The notes below the pieces were generated by a model. It had not been told where the DNA came from. It was given only the letters and a program-made list of their open reading frames with translations, and searched no databases. DNA of 63,840 nucleotides, counting the filler, from Octopus bimaculoides (Eukaryota), in the NCBI RefSeq assembly GCF_001194135.2. It is 5 parts of 5 records of this genome, joined end to end, with 100 filler letters (N's around TTAATTAATTAA, not from the genome) between each part and the next. Parts side by side here need not be neighbours in the genome. Positions count along the whole stretch, not along the records: positions 1 to 22,894 come from NC_068999.1; positions 22,995 to 33,158 come from NC_069008.1; 3 more parts are not named here. One strand, 5' to 3'. Every line of letters starts with the position of its first letter. The first letter of the stretch is position 1. Of the stretch, positions 13,025 to 26,081 are shown piece after piece. Both the position numbers and the translations under genes were made by a program.

Positions 13025-14482
13025 TGTATGTATGCATGCATGTATGCATGTATATACATTCATACAAATAGATATATGCGCACTTACACCTACGTACACA
13101 TTTATTTAATATATTTACATTTATGTAATATCATATAAAATTATTTATGCATATATTTTATAAACATTAGTAAAAGCAAGAAGGGGCAGTCGTACACAAA
13201 CTCAAACGCGGGGTATATTCATACATTTATATACATANNNNNNNNNNNNNNNNNNNNNNNNNNNNNNNNNNNNNNNNNNNNNNNNNNNNNNNNNNNNNNN
13301 NNNNNNNNNNNNNNNNNNNNNNNNNNNNNNNNNNNNNNNNNNNNNNNNNNNNNNNNNNNNNNNNNNNNNNNNNNNNNNNNNNNNNNNNNNNNNNNNNNNN
13401 NNNNNNNNNNNNNNNNNNNNNNNNNNNNNNNNNNNNNNNNNNNNNNNNNNNNNNNNNNNNNNNNNNNNNNNNNNNNNNNNNNNNNNNNNNNNNNNNNNNN
13501 NNNNNNNNNNNNNNNNNNNNNNNNNNNNNNNNNNNNNNNNNNNNNNNNNNNNNNNNNNNNNNNNNNNNNNNNNNNNNNNNNNNNNNNNNNNNNNNNNNNN
13601 NNNNNNNNNNNNNNNNNNNNNNNNNNNNNNNNNNNNNNNNNNNNNNNNNNNNNNNNNNNNNNNNNNNNNNNNNNNNNNNNNNNNNNNNNNNNNNNNNNNN
13701 NNNNNNNNNNNNNNNNNNNNNNNNNNNNNNNNNNNNNNNNNNNNNNNNNNNNNNNNNNNNNNNNNNNNNNNNNNNNNNNNNNNNNNNNNNNNNNNNNNNN
13801 NNNNNNNNNNNNNNNNNNNNNNNNNNNNNNNNNNNNNNNNNNNNNNNNNNNNNNNNNNNNNNNNNNNNNNNNNNNNNNNNNNNNNNNNNNNNNNNNNNNN
13901 NNNNNNNNNNNNNNNNNNNNNNNNNNNNNNNNNNNNNNNNNNNNNNNNNNNNNNNNNNNNNNNNNNNNNNNNNNNNNNNNNNNNNNNNNNNNNNNNNNNN
14001 NNNNNNNNNNNNNNNNNNNNNNNNNNNNNNNNNNNNNNNNNNNNNNNNNNNNNNNNNNNNNNNNNNNNNNNNNNNNNNNNNNNNNNNNNNNNNNNNNNNN
14101 NNNNNNNNNNNNNNNNNNNNNNNNNNNNNNNNNNNNNNNNNNNNNNNNNNNNNNNNNNNNNNNNNNNNNNNNNNNNNNNNNNNNNNNNNNNNNNNNNNNN
14201 NNNNNNNNNNNNNNNNTATGTATATATATATATTGATAGATAGCATGAAAGATATATACACACACATATACGTATATATAAATATATATACACACTCACA
14301 CATATATTATCATTTCCTCTTTGTAACATTCTTCAAGATACCAATCGAAATTATGGCTTTTTTAGCGTATATACATAGGATTACATAGATATGTATGCAT
14401 GTGCTTATGTGTGTATATATCGATATATTTATATATATTTACGCACACACGCATACATATATGCATGTATGTATGTGTATAC

Positions 14483-14531
<49 letters not shown>

Positions 14532-14925
14532 AGTATATTTATACATTTATAATGGTAAAATATGCGCACACATACATAGAAATATATGTTAGTATGCATA
14601 GAAGTTCATTTTATAAGACTTTTTATTACTTTATGGTTTGGGGAGACGACTTTTTTCATCTTTCGCTTTTTAATACCATTAAGACGTATAAGTATAATGA
14701 CAATGTCGTCGTTGCCAGACCAAATGCATTTCAGTATTGAGTTGCGGGATATATGAGCCAAGTTCAAATTCAACAAATGTCGAAGTTGCTGTTCTGTTTC
14801 GGCAAAAACTGACAGACGGAACCAGACTGAAATTCGATTGATTTCGTCGACAAAATCCTTTCGCCTATGTCTCATGATGGCCGCATTTTAATAACTTGAT
14901 CATGTAATATAGCTACACACGCACA

Positions 14926-14959
<34 letters not shown>

Positions 14960-15054
14960 CATACATACAAACACATACATACGACCACACACATACTGAC
15001 ATACACGCATGCATACATACATAAATATTTTTATGTCTGTATGTGTGTGTGCAT

Positions 15055-15239
15055 AGGCACAGCAGTGGGTGTGTGGTACGTAGCTTGTTTACGAACCACT
15101 GTCCCACTGCGGGTTCAGTCCCACTGCGTGGCACATTGGGCAAGTGTCTGCTTCTATAATCTCGAGCCGACCAAAGCCTTGTGAGTGGATTTGGTAGACG
15201 GAAACTGAAGGAAGCCCGTCGTATATATATGTGTGTGTG

Positions 15240-15286
<47 letters not shown>

Positions 15287-15476
15287 CTGTTTGTGTCTGT
15301 GTTTGTCTCCCCAACATCGTTTGACAACCGATGCTGGTGTGTTTACGTCCCCGTAAATTAGTGGTTCGGCAAAATACATCGATAGAATAAGTCCTGCGGT
15401 CGATTTGCTCGACTAAAGGCGGTGCTCCAGCATGGCTTCGGTCAAATATCTGAAGCAAGTAAAAGAATAAAAGAAT
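15055..15476 (+). mobile_element. Near full-length SINE family B with internal (TA)/(TG) microsatellite
   Basis: tRNA-like head (gtgtggtacgtagc...gggttcagtccc), core gcacattgggcaagtgtc, internal (TG)n, tail ending gtaaaagaataaaaga; repeated several times in the window. Confidence 0.9.
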
Positions 15477-16356
15477 ATATTATAATAAATTAAATAGAGA
15501 AATACAATTGACAATCTAAGAATTTATTACATTATAATATAAGATAATATAATGTAAGATAATATAACCAATTTAAAAAGCAAAACAAAGTCAGCGATTT
15601 GTTTCGACTTATATACAATATTTGATTTATAAACAATTCATATCTATGTATACAAGCCTCTTCAGGGCCTTGGTTCGAAAAGACAGACGAAATTCCATGT
15701 AAATGGATTGCCAGATTGCAAAATACTGATTCAAAATACCTGTGTTTAGGAGCGTGAGCGTTAACTATTCAAATACATAAGTACAACAAAAGAACAACAG
15801 CATTCAAATGGATAAAAGAAAATTTATAACAGTCAAAATATGTTTTTATACATTTCCAATAATAATAATTTAAATGTAATAATATATAAATATATAAATA
15901 AAATATCATAATCCTGTAAATCCGTATTTATTCTATAAATATGTTCGAAAGAAGGTATTTCTAGTATATCAAATAACTATTTATTAATATATTGATAATA
16001 TCCACATATTTATTATTACTCAAAGAAAATATATAAATTATATGCAATGATATATTATAACCCCTCTCATTTCTCTATTGTTACTGACAAAGATTGTTTA
16101 TAGTAACTTACAAATAATGGTCCTTATTTACGTAGATTATCGGGGGGAGGGGGCAACTCCGTAAATTAAAAGAAGCAAAAAACAAAGATCTACGATAATC
16201 TATATTGTTTCTCAGTTAAAGAGACAGTAAACTATAAATAAAAAAAAATCTTTCAGAAGTAGCAAAATTAGAAAATTGCAATATGTATATAAGCTCTATG
16301 TATGAGTATATATGTATACAAGCATATGCATGTATGTATATTGGTATATGTTTGCA

Positions 16357-16426
<70 letters not shown>

Positions 16427-16851
16427 NNNNNNNNNNNNNNNNNNNNNNNNNNNNNNNNNNNNNNNNNNNNNNNNNNNNNNNNNNNNNNNNNNNNNNNNNN
16501 NNNNNNNNNNNNNNNNNNNNNNNNNNNNNNNNNNNNNNNNNNNNNNNNNNNNNNNNNNNNNNNNNNNNNNNNNNNNNNNNNNNNNNNNNNNNNNNNNNNN
16601 NNNNNNNNNNNNNNNNNNNNNNNNNNNNNNNNNNNNNNNNNNNNNNNNNNNNNNNNNNNNNNNNNNNNNNNNNNNNNNNNNNNNNNNNNNNNNNNNNNNN
16701 NNNNNNATATATATATATATATATGTATATGCATTTATTTTTGTACACATGTTTATTTCATAATGGAGAAATAAAATAAAGGCATATATCAATAAATATA
16801 CCTAAATGTATAATTTGATAACATTACTTAACGAAACTACATTGAGGCCAG

Positions 16852-16887
<36 letters not shown>

Positions 16888-17233
16888 TTATGATAAACGA
16901 TACACAAGTTCCTGATTCTAACTGAAATTTATTGTTTGAGGAAAAATAAGGTTTTGTTTTTATACTGAATCCTTTGTAATTTTCTTGTGCTGAAACTAAA
17001 GGTTTGTTATTTAAAATGTTTAAATTGTATGTGCTCATATGAAAAATATTTTTTTAGTAGATTAATTCATAATATTTCACATTAAGTTCAAATGAAGATA
17101 TTTGTATTGACTGTGGGATGTGTCATTATATTCGTAGTTAAATATTTATCATAAATCTTAAGTAAACTATCTTCGTTATGTTAAATGATTATACATTTAT
17201 AAGTAAATTGATTTAATTTATAAATGAATGATA

Positions 17234-17271
<38 letters not shown>

Positions 17272-17293
17272 AATCAAGTATTGTCTTGACTGA

Positions 17294-17392
17294 GCAAAAA
17301 ATTGGTATGACCACAAAACTGAAGGCATTGTCAAAAATAGAAAAGCAAAGATCCTCTGGGATTTTATGATCCAGTGCGTCCATAAAGAATAA
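17294..17392 (+). mobile_element. R4/Dong-clade fragment upstream of the REL domain
   Basis: AKNWYDHKTEGIVKNRKAKILWDFMIQC (WY.H.PE.I.EN...KILWDF motif), just after a (GAT)n tract. Confidence 0.7.
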
Positions 17393-19099
17393 GGGAGCAA
17401 GTTGTCTTCTGCGGGATTTAAATTCTGAACATAAAGCGGATACATAAATAGGGCAATAGATATTTGCTATGTTTCAACTAATTTGCGAATCCATAACCTT
17501 CAATCGCCTCGAAAATAGGCAGAAGTCAGAAACCTTGGTGTCGAGGTTAACCAAACCGATTAAACTCATTGATTGACTTATGATTGTTTATTTAGTATTG
17601 TTGGGGAGAGGTATTAAACTCTCAGTGCGAACAACTAGAAGAAATAAAACTAAATAAAACCAAAACGTCTGTCAAACTACGGAGAGGACAAAAGATGAAC
17701 TCAGTTCCGGTGCTTTAGTGACATTTAGTTATGTCGAGGAGAGAAAAACAAAATCAATGTTTTCCAAGGTAAGAGCGCTATGCTTCATCAATGGTGGCGA
17801 TCGAAAAAAAAATGATTTCAAATAGTCTTTACAAAACCATGATAATTACACGCTTTCATTAATATAATACAACATAATATGAAATACTTAAACTACTGTT
17901 TGGTATCTGAACACAAAACAGAATAATGTTGTATGTATGAAATGAATGTATGTGTATAGGTAAGATTTATTTATATATGCAATTTTTATAAGATTTGACA
18001 CACACACCCACACACATATATATATACATGTATATGCATATATACACATTTAAATAAATAGATGTAATGAAAGATAAACACATAAATGCATATATACATG
18101 TGCGTGTATATGTATATATACATATATACATATGCATATATACATATATACATATGTATATATACATATATACATAGACACGTAGTGATTTTGGAGAAAA
18201 CGCTTTTAAGTTATTTCTGTTACACAAATAACTATTAACGTTTGTATTAAGCAGAACGTATACAAACAGAGAAAAAATAAGTATACGGCAAAAATGTAAT
18301 AAATATATATAAACAAAAATCTCGAAAATTGATGAAACGTTAAAAAATGGCTTCACAAACCAGAAACTTATTCTCTTTCTCATTCCATTCTATCTATCGA
18401 AAGACTACTTTTACATTGAACATATAGAATTACACTCAGCGAACAAACTGTAGTTTAAGAATCAGTTAATCAATATCGTTTAACAAATATTCTCGTTATA
18501 TCAAATGAAGAATGGTTTGATTTGCTTCTGTTAGTAATGTTCCTACGAGACTAGTTTTAGTTATACTGTGTTTGATAATCAGTCTGAAAGAATTTCTTAT
18601 GTTTATATTTATGTTTATATCTTTAGTTTTGTTTTTATCTTGTTACAAGCTAAACAACTCGTACGATTAAACGTAGAATTTATACCAAACATTCGGCACA
18701 AGTACCTAAGGAAAAATATTAAAAAGCGATAGAGCTTTCTAATTTTTATACGATTTTCACTTTTGTCCAGATCGATATTGTCGTGTAATTTGGGGCAAAA
18801 CATATAGGTGCTTTAGCAAACGCATACACACTGCTGTTAATAATATCATATGTTTATTCGTGAATGCATACATAAAAGCTAAAAGTAAGAAGTTGTGAGT
18901 AGAGGAAAATATTTATTTTCCACGAGTTACATACGAATTCAGCCGTGACGTAACCTTCTTCATATAGCATGAATTAAAGTAGGCAGAAATTGAACGTACA
19001 CATTTGAAATGTATGCTCAGTGTTATACAACGGAAATGTATAGTCACAGATTAACGCAAAGAAAGAAAGCTGACTCATCAGATCACATCTGTGTTCGCT

Positions 19100-19460
19100 T
19101 AATGTGTTTTTGTTAATCCTTTTATATTTTGGTTAAAACAGTTGGTTAAATTCTTTGGGGCATTTAGGTATGTATGGAATATGTACAGGGGTTTATATTG
19201 GTGATGGTGATAAGGGGTCTCTTGTGTAGGTGTCCGTCGTGTTAGAGCGATTGTGTTTGTGAGTGCGTTTATATATGTTCGGATTAACCTCCTTGCTCTG
19301 GGAGGGGCGGAGAGCCGTTCCCTATCGCGGCCATAATTACCAATCCCCCAGATCCGGCATTCTTAACTGCCATCTCTGAAGAGTGCAGGGTTACATAATT
19401 GAACTGTTGCCTAACATTCCGATGAAGCCCTAGTGCGAAACCGATCGGTAAGATCGGCAC
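19100..19460. mobile_element. Probable Penelope-like element remnant with tandem hammerhead-like cores
   Basis: + strand cores CTGAAGA...GAAC and CCGATGA...GAAA; minus strand gives PVHIPYIPKC, resembling the PLE RT-EN linker (weak). Confidence 0.4.
19419..19459 (+). ncRNA. Degenerate hammerhead ribozyme core
   Basis: CCGATGA-aGCcctagtGC-GAAA-CCGATC-ggtaa-GATCGG-CA: perfect 6-bp stem III; U4 and U16.1 positions are C; stem I not seen. Confidence 0.5.
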
Positions 19461-19824
19461 TATACTTCGATTAATATATATATATGTGTGTGTGAGTGTG
19501 TGTGTAAAAAATACACACACACACACACATATACACACATACATATTGATACATATATAGGTAGGCAGATAGGTAGATCGATAGATTGATAATATTTTTG
19601 AACTAAACAGTTATCTTTGGATTTGATACTATAGTGATCTTCACAGTATCTGCACACTTATGTAAATAGTTGCATAAATGCATATATTAACAATGACTTT
19701 CTTGTATGAAAATATCCGATAATTATACACATTTCAAATAAATTTGCATGGATACCTATTCATTTTCATTTTTCAAATATATTATGCATACATTATGCGT
19801 ACATACATATATATACATAATGGA

Positions 19825-19855
<31 letters not shown>

Positions 19856-21359
19856 AGTACATATATTCTTACATACATATACCTAAATGCGTATATACAT
19901 ACATGCGTATTTACAAACATACATATATATGTACACAAAGACACACATCCACACACACACACACACACAAACACGCAAAAACTAAACCGCTAATATGTTA
20001 TCAGTAGCATTAGTAACATATTCAATAACCAAAGTATTTTTTTTCAAAAATGCTCAAAATATTCCAAATGATATTGCAAAATTGAAATGTAAACTCTACA
20101 AAAGCATTGGAAGTAGAATTAGATAAAATGAGTTCCAATAACATTTACTTCAACATTTCATCATGTGAACGAAATTAAACAAACAAAAATTTGTGGTATT
20201 TATATTAGAAGGTAAATTAAAATATTTATAGCAATCTAATGACTAGAAACTCTAAAATAGTTAACAGAGACGTGTACATATATGTGTGCATGTGTATATA
20301 TGTATAGATATAGACAGATGAATATACATACCTATACACACATTCATTCATATATATGTATATATATATATATATNNNNNNNNNNNNNNNNNNNNNNNNN
20401 NNNNNNNNNNNNNNNNNNNNNNNNNNNNNNNNNNNNNNNNNNNNNNNNNNNNNNNNNNNNNNNNNNNNNNNNNNNNNNNNNNNNNNNNNNNNNNNNNNNN
20501 NNNNNNNNNNNNNNNNNNNNNNNNNNNNNNNNNNNNNNNNNNNNNNNNNNNNNNNNNNNNNNNNNNNNNNNNNNNNNNNNNNNNNNNNNNNNNNNNNNNN
20601 NNNNNNNNNNNNNNNNNNNNNNNNNNNNNNNNNNNNNNNNNNNNNNNNNNNNNNNNNNNNNNNNNNNNNNNNNNNNNNNNNNNNNNNNNNNNNNNNNNNN
20701 NNNNNNNNNNNNNNNNNNNNNNNNNNNNNNNNNNNNNNNNNNNNNNNNNNNNNNNNNNNNNNNNNNNNNNNNNNNNNNNNNNNNNNNNNNNNNNNNNNNN
20801 NNNNNNNNNNNNNNNNNNNNNNNNNNNNNNNNNNNNNNNNNNNNNNNNNNNNNNNNNNNNNNNNNNNNNNNNNNNNNNNNNNNNNNNNNNNNNNNNNNNN
20901 NNNNNNNNNNNNNNNNNNNNNNNNNNNNNNNNNNNNNNNNNNNNNNNNNNNNNNNNNNNNNNNNNNNNNNNNNNNNNNNNNNNNNNNNNNNNNNNNNNNN
21001 NNNNNNNNNNNNNNNNNNNNNNNNNNNNNNNNNNNNNNNNNNNNNNNNNNNNNNNNNNNNNNNNNNNNNNNNNNNNNNNNNNNNNNNNNNNNNNNNNNNN
21101 NNNNNNNNNNNNNNNNNNNNNNNNNNNNNNNNNNNNNNNNNNNNNNNNNNNNNNNNNNNNNNNNNNNNNNNNNNNNNNNNNNNNNNNNNNNNNNNNNNNN
21201 NNNNNNNNNNNNNNNNNNNNNNNNNNNNNNNNNNNNNNNNNNNNNNNNNNNNNNNNNNNNNNNNNNNNNNNNNNNNNNNNNNNNNNNNNNNNNNNNNNNN
21301 NNNNNNNNNNNNNNNNNNNNNNNNNNNNNNNNNNNNNNNNNNNNNNNNNNNNNNNNNNN

Positions 21360-21401
<42 letters not shown>

Positions 21402-22459
21402 CGTGTTGTTTGTAGTATCTAAATCTTTGGAGTGTTTCTTTAGAAAATGCGTCGAAGAATATATTTGGGAGACAAAATGTATAAAAAGCATATGTTCTAC
21501 TTAGGTAATTGGTCGGTCGGAACCTATTTCTTTCTAAATGGCAAATTTTTAAACTCTGTGATTAAAAAAATTTGCAAACAAGTCAGCCTAAATTCTCAGA
21601 ATCATTGTATCTAAATCATTTTTCAAAATATCATCTCTTTCTTTGCGTTGCGGTCATAATCAGTTGCTCCATTGAGATCGATATACCAGCCTTACACACT
21701 CTATATAATGTATCACCACCCCTCCCCTTCTCACCAGAGATCGATATGTCTACACATCTTCATTATTTCTCATTTATCTTTCATTCTATTATTTGTTTTG
21801 CTCTAGGTGTCATAAGTTCAACTAAGCCGTTCATGTTTTTAAGTTTGCGTATCAAAATGAAAAACAATAAAACATATATAAACATCATGGCAGAACATAC
21901 TTATAAGCCATTCTGGGAAACCTGAAATTAAATAAAATCACTAAACTCAATTAAAGCATTTTGTAGGTCTAACGAAAGGTCATCAGTCAATCAATGAAAC
22001 TTAACTATTAATCGTGCGAGAATGAGTGGAGCGTAGGAGGGAAGTGTTGTTTTAAGAAGATGTTCCAATATAATCTGGGTCGTATTGTAAATGAATGAAG
22101 AATTAATTTATTCAGTAGCACTAGGAATCCTTTAAGACGTGCAAGAATTTAATATCAAAACAATAATTGCTAAATAAAAGAATGAGAACACAAAATAAAA
22201 ATATAAAACCCACCAAAATATATGCAAATTATTGCAATGCATTTTGCAAAGTGTCTTTGTCATTTAGTTCCGTTTTACTTCCAATTCCAAGCTACCAATC
22301 CAGCTTATTATCCAGCTACCAAACTGAAATGTCATTACATTCCAAAGGGAAAAATTTGACATTTTCAATAATCTCGTTTTGTTTCTTTATCCCTTTTTTA
22401 AACTAAATTCTGAAAAAATTCATTTTTGAAATTCATTATTTCCTTTTAATTTCGATCGG

Positions 22460-22894
22460 CTGGTAATGATGATGATGATGATAATGAGGAGGAGGAGGAG
22501 GAGGAGGAGGGGGAGGAGGTTGATGATGATGATGAGGATGGTGTTCGTGGTGCTGATAGAAGTAGTGGTAGAAGTAGTAGTTGTAGTTGTAGTGTTAGTG
22601 ACAATGGTAGTTGAGGTGTCGGTGGTAGCGTTGTGGCATTAGTAGTACGGTTGTTGGTCAGTGGTGGTAGTGATAGTGTTTTTTTTTAGTCTGGGTAGTG
22701 GTTGTGTCAGTAGTAGTTGTGTAGGTAGTAGTGCTGGGGTTAGTGATTGTGTTGTAGATGTAGTGTTGAGTATGATAGTACTGTTGTTGGTAAACCTGTT
22801 GCTTCTGGCAACACTGTTATTGTCATTGTGTAGTGGTGGTGGTGGTGGTGGTGGTGGCAGTGGTGGTGGTGGTGGCAGTGGTGGTGGTGGTGGT
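22460..22894. repeat. Compound (GAT)/(GAG)/(GTA)/(GGT) low-complexity tract
   Basis: Visible mixed trinucleotide runs. Confidence 0.9.
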
Positions 22895-22994
22895 NNNNNN
22901 NNNNNNNNNNNNNNNNNNNNNNNNNNNNNNNNNNNNNNTTAATTAATTAANNNNNNNNNNNNNNNNNNNNNNNNNNNNNNNNNNNNNNNNNNNN

Positions 22995-23674
22995 CATATG
23001 GGAGTGAACAGGACATTGTTCCTAGCCAGGAAAGTCGACTCCGAGGTAACGAGACGGAGCGTGCAGAGAGTGGTTAGCAGCTGTGACAGGTGCCAGTCTA
23101 TTGACCCTGCTCCGAGCGTACATGAGGCGGGAAGTATTCCAGTGGACCACGACTGGAAACGACTGGCAGTGGACATAACACATTACCGGCAGGGGACGTA
23201 CCTCTCAATAGTTGACTGCGGACCGGGGTGGATGGCCATATGGAGGGAGATGAAGACGGGGACTGCAGAGGAAATCGCGAGAGTATTAAATGAGATATTC
23301 CTGGAACGAGGCCCCGTGGATGAGCTGATGCTGGATGATGGCACTGCATTTCGCTCGGAGGTGCTGAAAGAAATGCTTGATGGGTGGCAGGTCAGCCGCT
23401 TCTTCAGGGCGGCATACCGGCCAAGTGGAAATGGAGTGGTGGAAAGGCATCATCGTACCATCAAGACCATGGCAGAGAGGGGCCACATTTCACCAATCGA
23501 GGCCGTATTTTGGTACAATATGTCGCCCAGTTCAGGACAGGCTGAGGAGTCGGTGCCACAAAGGGCAATGTTGAGGTACGAGTGGAGGCATCCATGTATT
23601 GCATCAATGCGACTCCGGGGAGAAGAAGAGCACACCTTTGTGCAGGTCGGGGAAGAAGTTTGGGTAAAACCCCC
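22995..23674 (+). mobile_element. Ty3/Gypsy LTR-retrotransposon integrase (end of HHCC finger, rve core, start of C-terminal domain)
   Basis: H-MG...CxxC; D in AVDITH, D in LDDG, E in VERHH exactly 35 residues later; ends VQVGEEVWVKP; no stop or frameshift between two gaps. Confidence 0.9.
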
Positions 23675-24406
23675 NNNNNNNNNNNNNNNNNNNNNNNNNN
23701 NNNNNNNNNNNNNNNNNNNNNNNNNNNNNNNNNNNNNNNNNNNNNNNNNNNNNNNNNNNNNNNNNNNNNNNNNNAAGTATTTATTTACCGTTACATTACA
23801 ATACCTTGCCTCGACGGGCAGGTTTTGATCAATCCAAAAGCATGCGAAGTAAAGTTTGTGTTTGTGTCCTCTTCATTGTTTAGTAGTAATTACAGAGGGA
23901 GATAGAATAATGTTGTAAGAGAATAAAATCAGAGCTAGTGAGAGTTGTAGGGTGTGGGACGTTGTCTCACAGTTGCTGACAGTAAACTTCATTTCTCCCT
24001 CTGACTAAGGTTCTAGATGGTCAGCCAGACTTCGTTGTCACCGAAGTGACTAACTCATTGAGTCGTCACCGACTGATGTTTGTTTGGGGTGTTCTTGCTT
24101 TTATAACTATCCAGAAGGATAGACATATCATTGAGAACAATAGATTTAGTTGGTGGTCTTGTTATCTCTATTCTAGCTTTTGGTGGAGTAGAAGAGGTTA
24201 GAAAGGGTCAAGTGGTGAAGACATTATATCGGGCTTAGCTAAAGGCATCTGGAAAAGGTAAAACTCCTGTCACAGAAAAACTATTGTTTTACCGTGAGAA
24301 AAGTTCTGTTGGACTGTTAATTTAAATTTGGCTATAGTGGATCGAATCCACTTCGTGCTTGCAAGATCCACTACATATATATATACCCAATGGATTGCTT
24401 TATTTT

Positions 24407-24750
24407 AGGTGTAGGCGTGGCTCTGTGGTAAGAAGCTCGCTTCCCAACGGGTTCAGTTCCACTGCGTAGCACCTTGGGCAAGTATCTTCTACCATAACCT
24501 CGGGCCGACCAAAGCCTCGTGAGTGTGTGTGTGTCTTTGCGTCTGTGTTTGTGCCCACCACCATTGCTTGAAAACTGATATTAGTGTGTTTACGTCCCCG
24601 TAACTTAGCAGTTCGGCAAAAAAAACCATAGAATAAGTACCAGGCTAACAAATAATAAGTCCTGGGGTTGATTTCTTCAACTAAAGGGCGGTGCTCCAGC
24701 ATGGCCTTAGTCAAATGACTGAAACCAGTAAAAGAATAAAAGAAAGAATA
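24407..24750 (+). mobile_element. SINE family B (internally shortened)
   Basis: Collinear with 15055-15476. Confidence 0.85.
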
Positions 24751-25138
24751 TAGGTGCAGGCGTGGCTGTGTGGTAAGGAGCTTGCTTCCCAACTATATGC
24801 TTCTTGGTTCAGTCCTAATGCATGGCAAGTGTCTTCTCTAGCCTCGGGTTGACCAAATCTTTCTGACTGGGTTGGTTGACGGAAACCCATCACACACACA
24901 CACATGTATATGTATGTGTGTGCGTCTTTGTGTCCGTGCTTGCCCTTCTCCAGCACCGTTTGGCAACCAGTGTTGGTGTGGTGATATCCTTGTAACTTTG
25001 CGGTTCAGCAAAAGAGATCGCTAGAATAAGTACTAGGCTGGAAAAAGTAAGTCCTGGGGTCTATATGTTCGAGTAAGAGCCTTCAAGGTGATGCTCCAGC
25101 ATACTCGCAGTCAAATGACTGAAAGAAGTAAAAGAATA
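24751..25138 (+). mobile_element. SINE family B, second copy directly head-to-tail
   Basis: aggtgcaggcgtggctgtgtggtaag head through the gtaaaagaata tail. Confidence 0.85.
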
Positions 25139-26081
25139 TATATATATATATATATATANNNNNNNNNNNNNNNNNNNNNNNNNNNNNNNNNNNNNNNNNN
25201 NNNNNNNNNNNNNNNNNNNNNNNNNNNNNNNNNNNNNNNNNNNNNNNNNNNNNNNNNNNNNNNNNNNNNNNNNNNNNNNNNNNNNNNNNNNNNNNNNNNN
25301 NNNNNNNNNNNNNNNNNNNNNNNNNNNNNNNNNNNNNNNNNNNNNNNNNNNNNNNNNNNNNNNNNNNNNNNNNNNNNNNNNNNNNNNNNNNNNNNNNNNN
25401 NNNNNNNNNNNNNNNNNNNNNNNNNNNNNNNNNNNNNNNNNNNNNNNNNNNNNNNNNNNNNNNNNNNNNNNNNNNNNNNNNNNNNNNNNNNNNNNNNNNN
25501 NNNNNNNNNNNNNNNNNNNNNNNNNNNNNNNNNNNNNNNNNNNNNNNNNNNNNNNNNNNNNNNNNNNNNNNNNNNNNNNNNNNNNNNNNNNNNNNNNNNN
25601 NNNNNNNNNNNNNNNNNNNNNNNNNNNNNNNNNNNNNNNNNNNNNNNNNNNNNNNNNNNNNNNNNNNNNNNNNNNNNNNNNNNNNNNNNNNNNNNNNNNN
25701 NNNNNNNNNNNNNNNNNNNNNNNNNNNNNNNNNNNNNNNNNNNNNNNNNNNNNNNNNNNNNNNNNNNNNNNNNNNNNNNNNNNNNNNNNNNNNNNNNNNN
25801 NNNNNNNNNNNNNNNNNNNNNNNNNNNNNNNNNNNNNNNNNNNNNNNNNNNNNNNNNNNNNNNNNNNNNNNNNNNNNNNNNNNNNNNNNNNNNNNNNNNN
25901 NNNNNNNNNNNNNNNNNNNNNNNNNNNNNNNNNNNNNNNNNNNNNNNNNNNNNNNNNNNNNNNNNNNNNNNNNNNNNNNNNNNNNNNNNNNNNNNNNNNN
26001 NNNNNNNNNNNNNNNNNNNNNNNNNNNNNNNNNNNNNNNNNNNNNNNNNNNNNNNNNNNNNNNNNNNNNNNNNNNNNNNNN

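Noticed and set aside
22939-22950. Identical TTAATTAATTAA islands inside N gaps (also 33203-33214, 44579-44590, 58272-58283)
   Set aside because: Palindromic six-frame-stop linker always surrounded by Ns; an assembly artefact, not a biological repeat.
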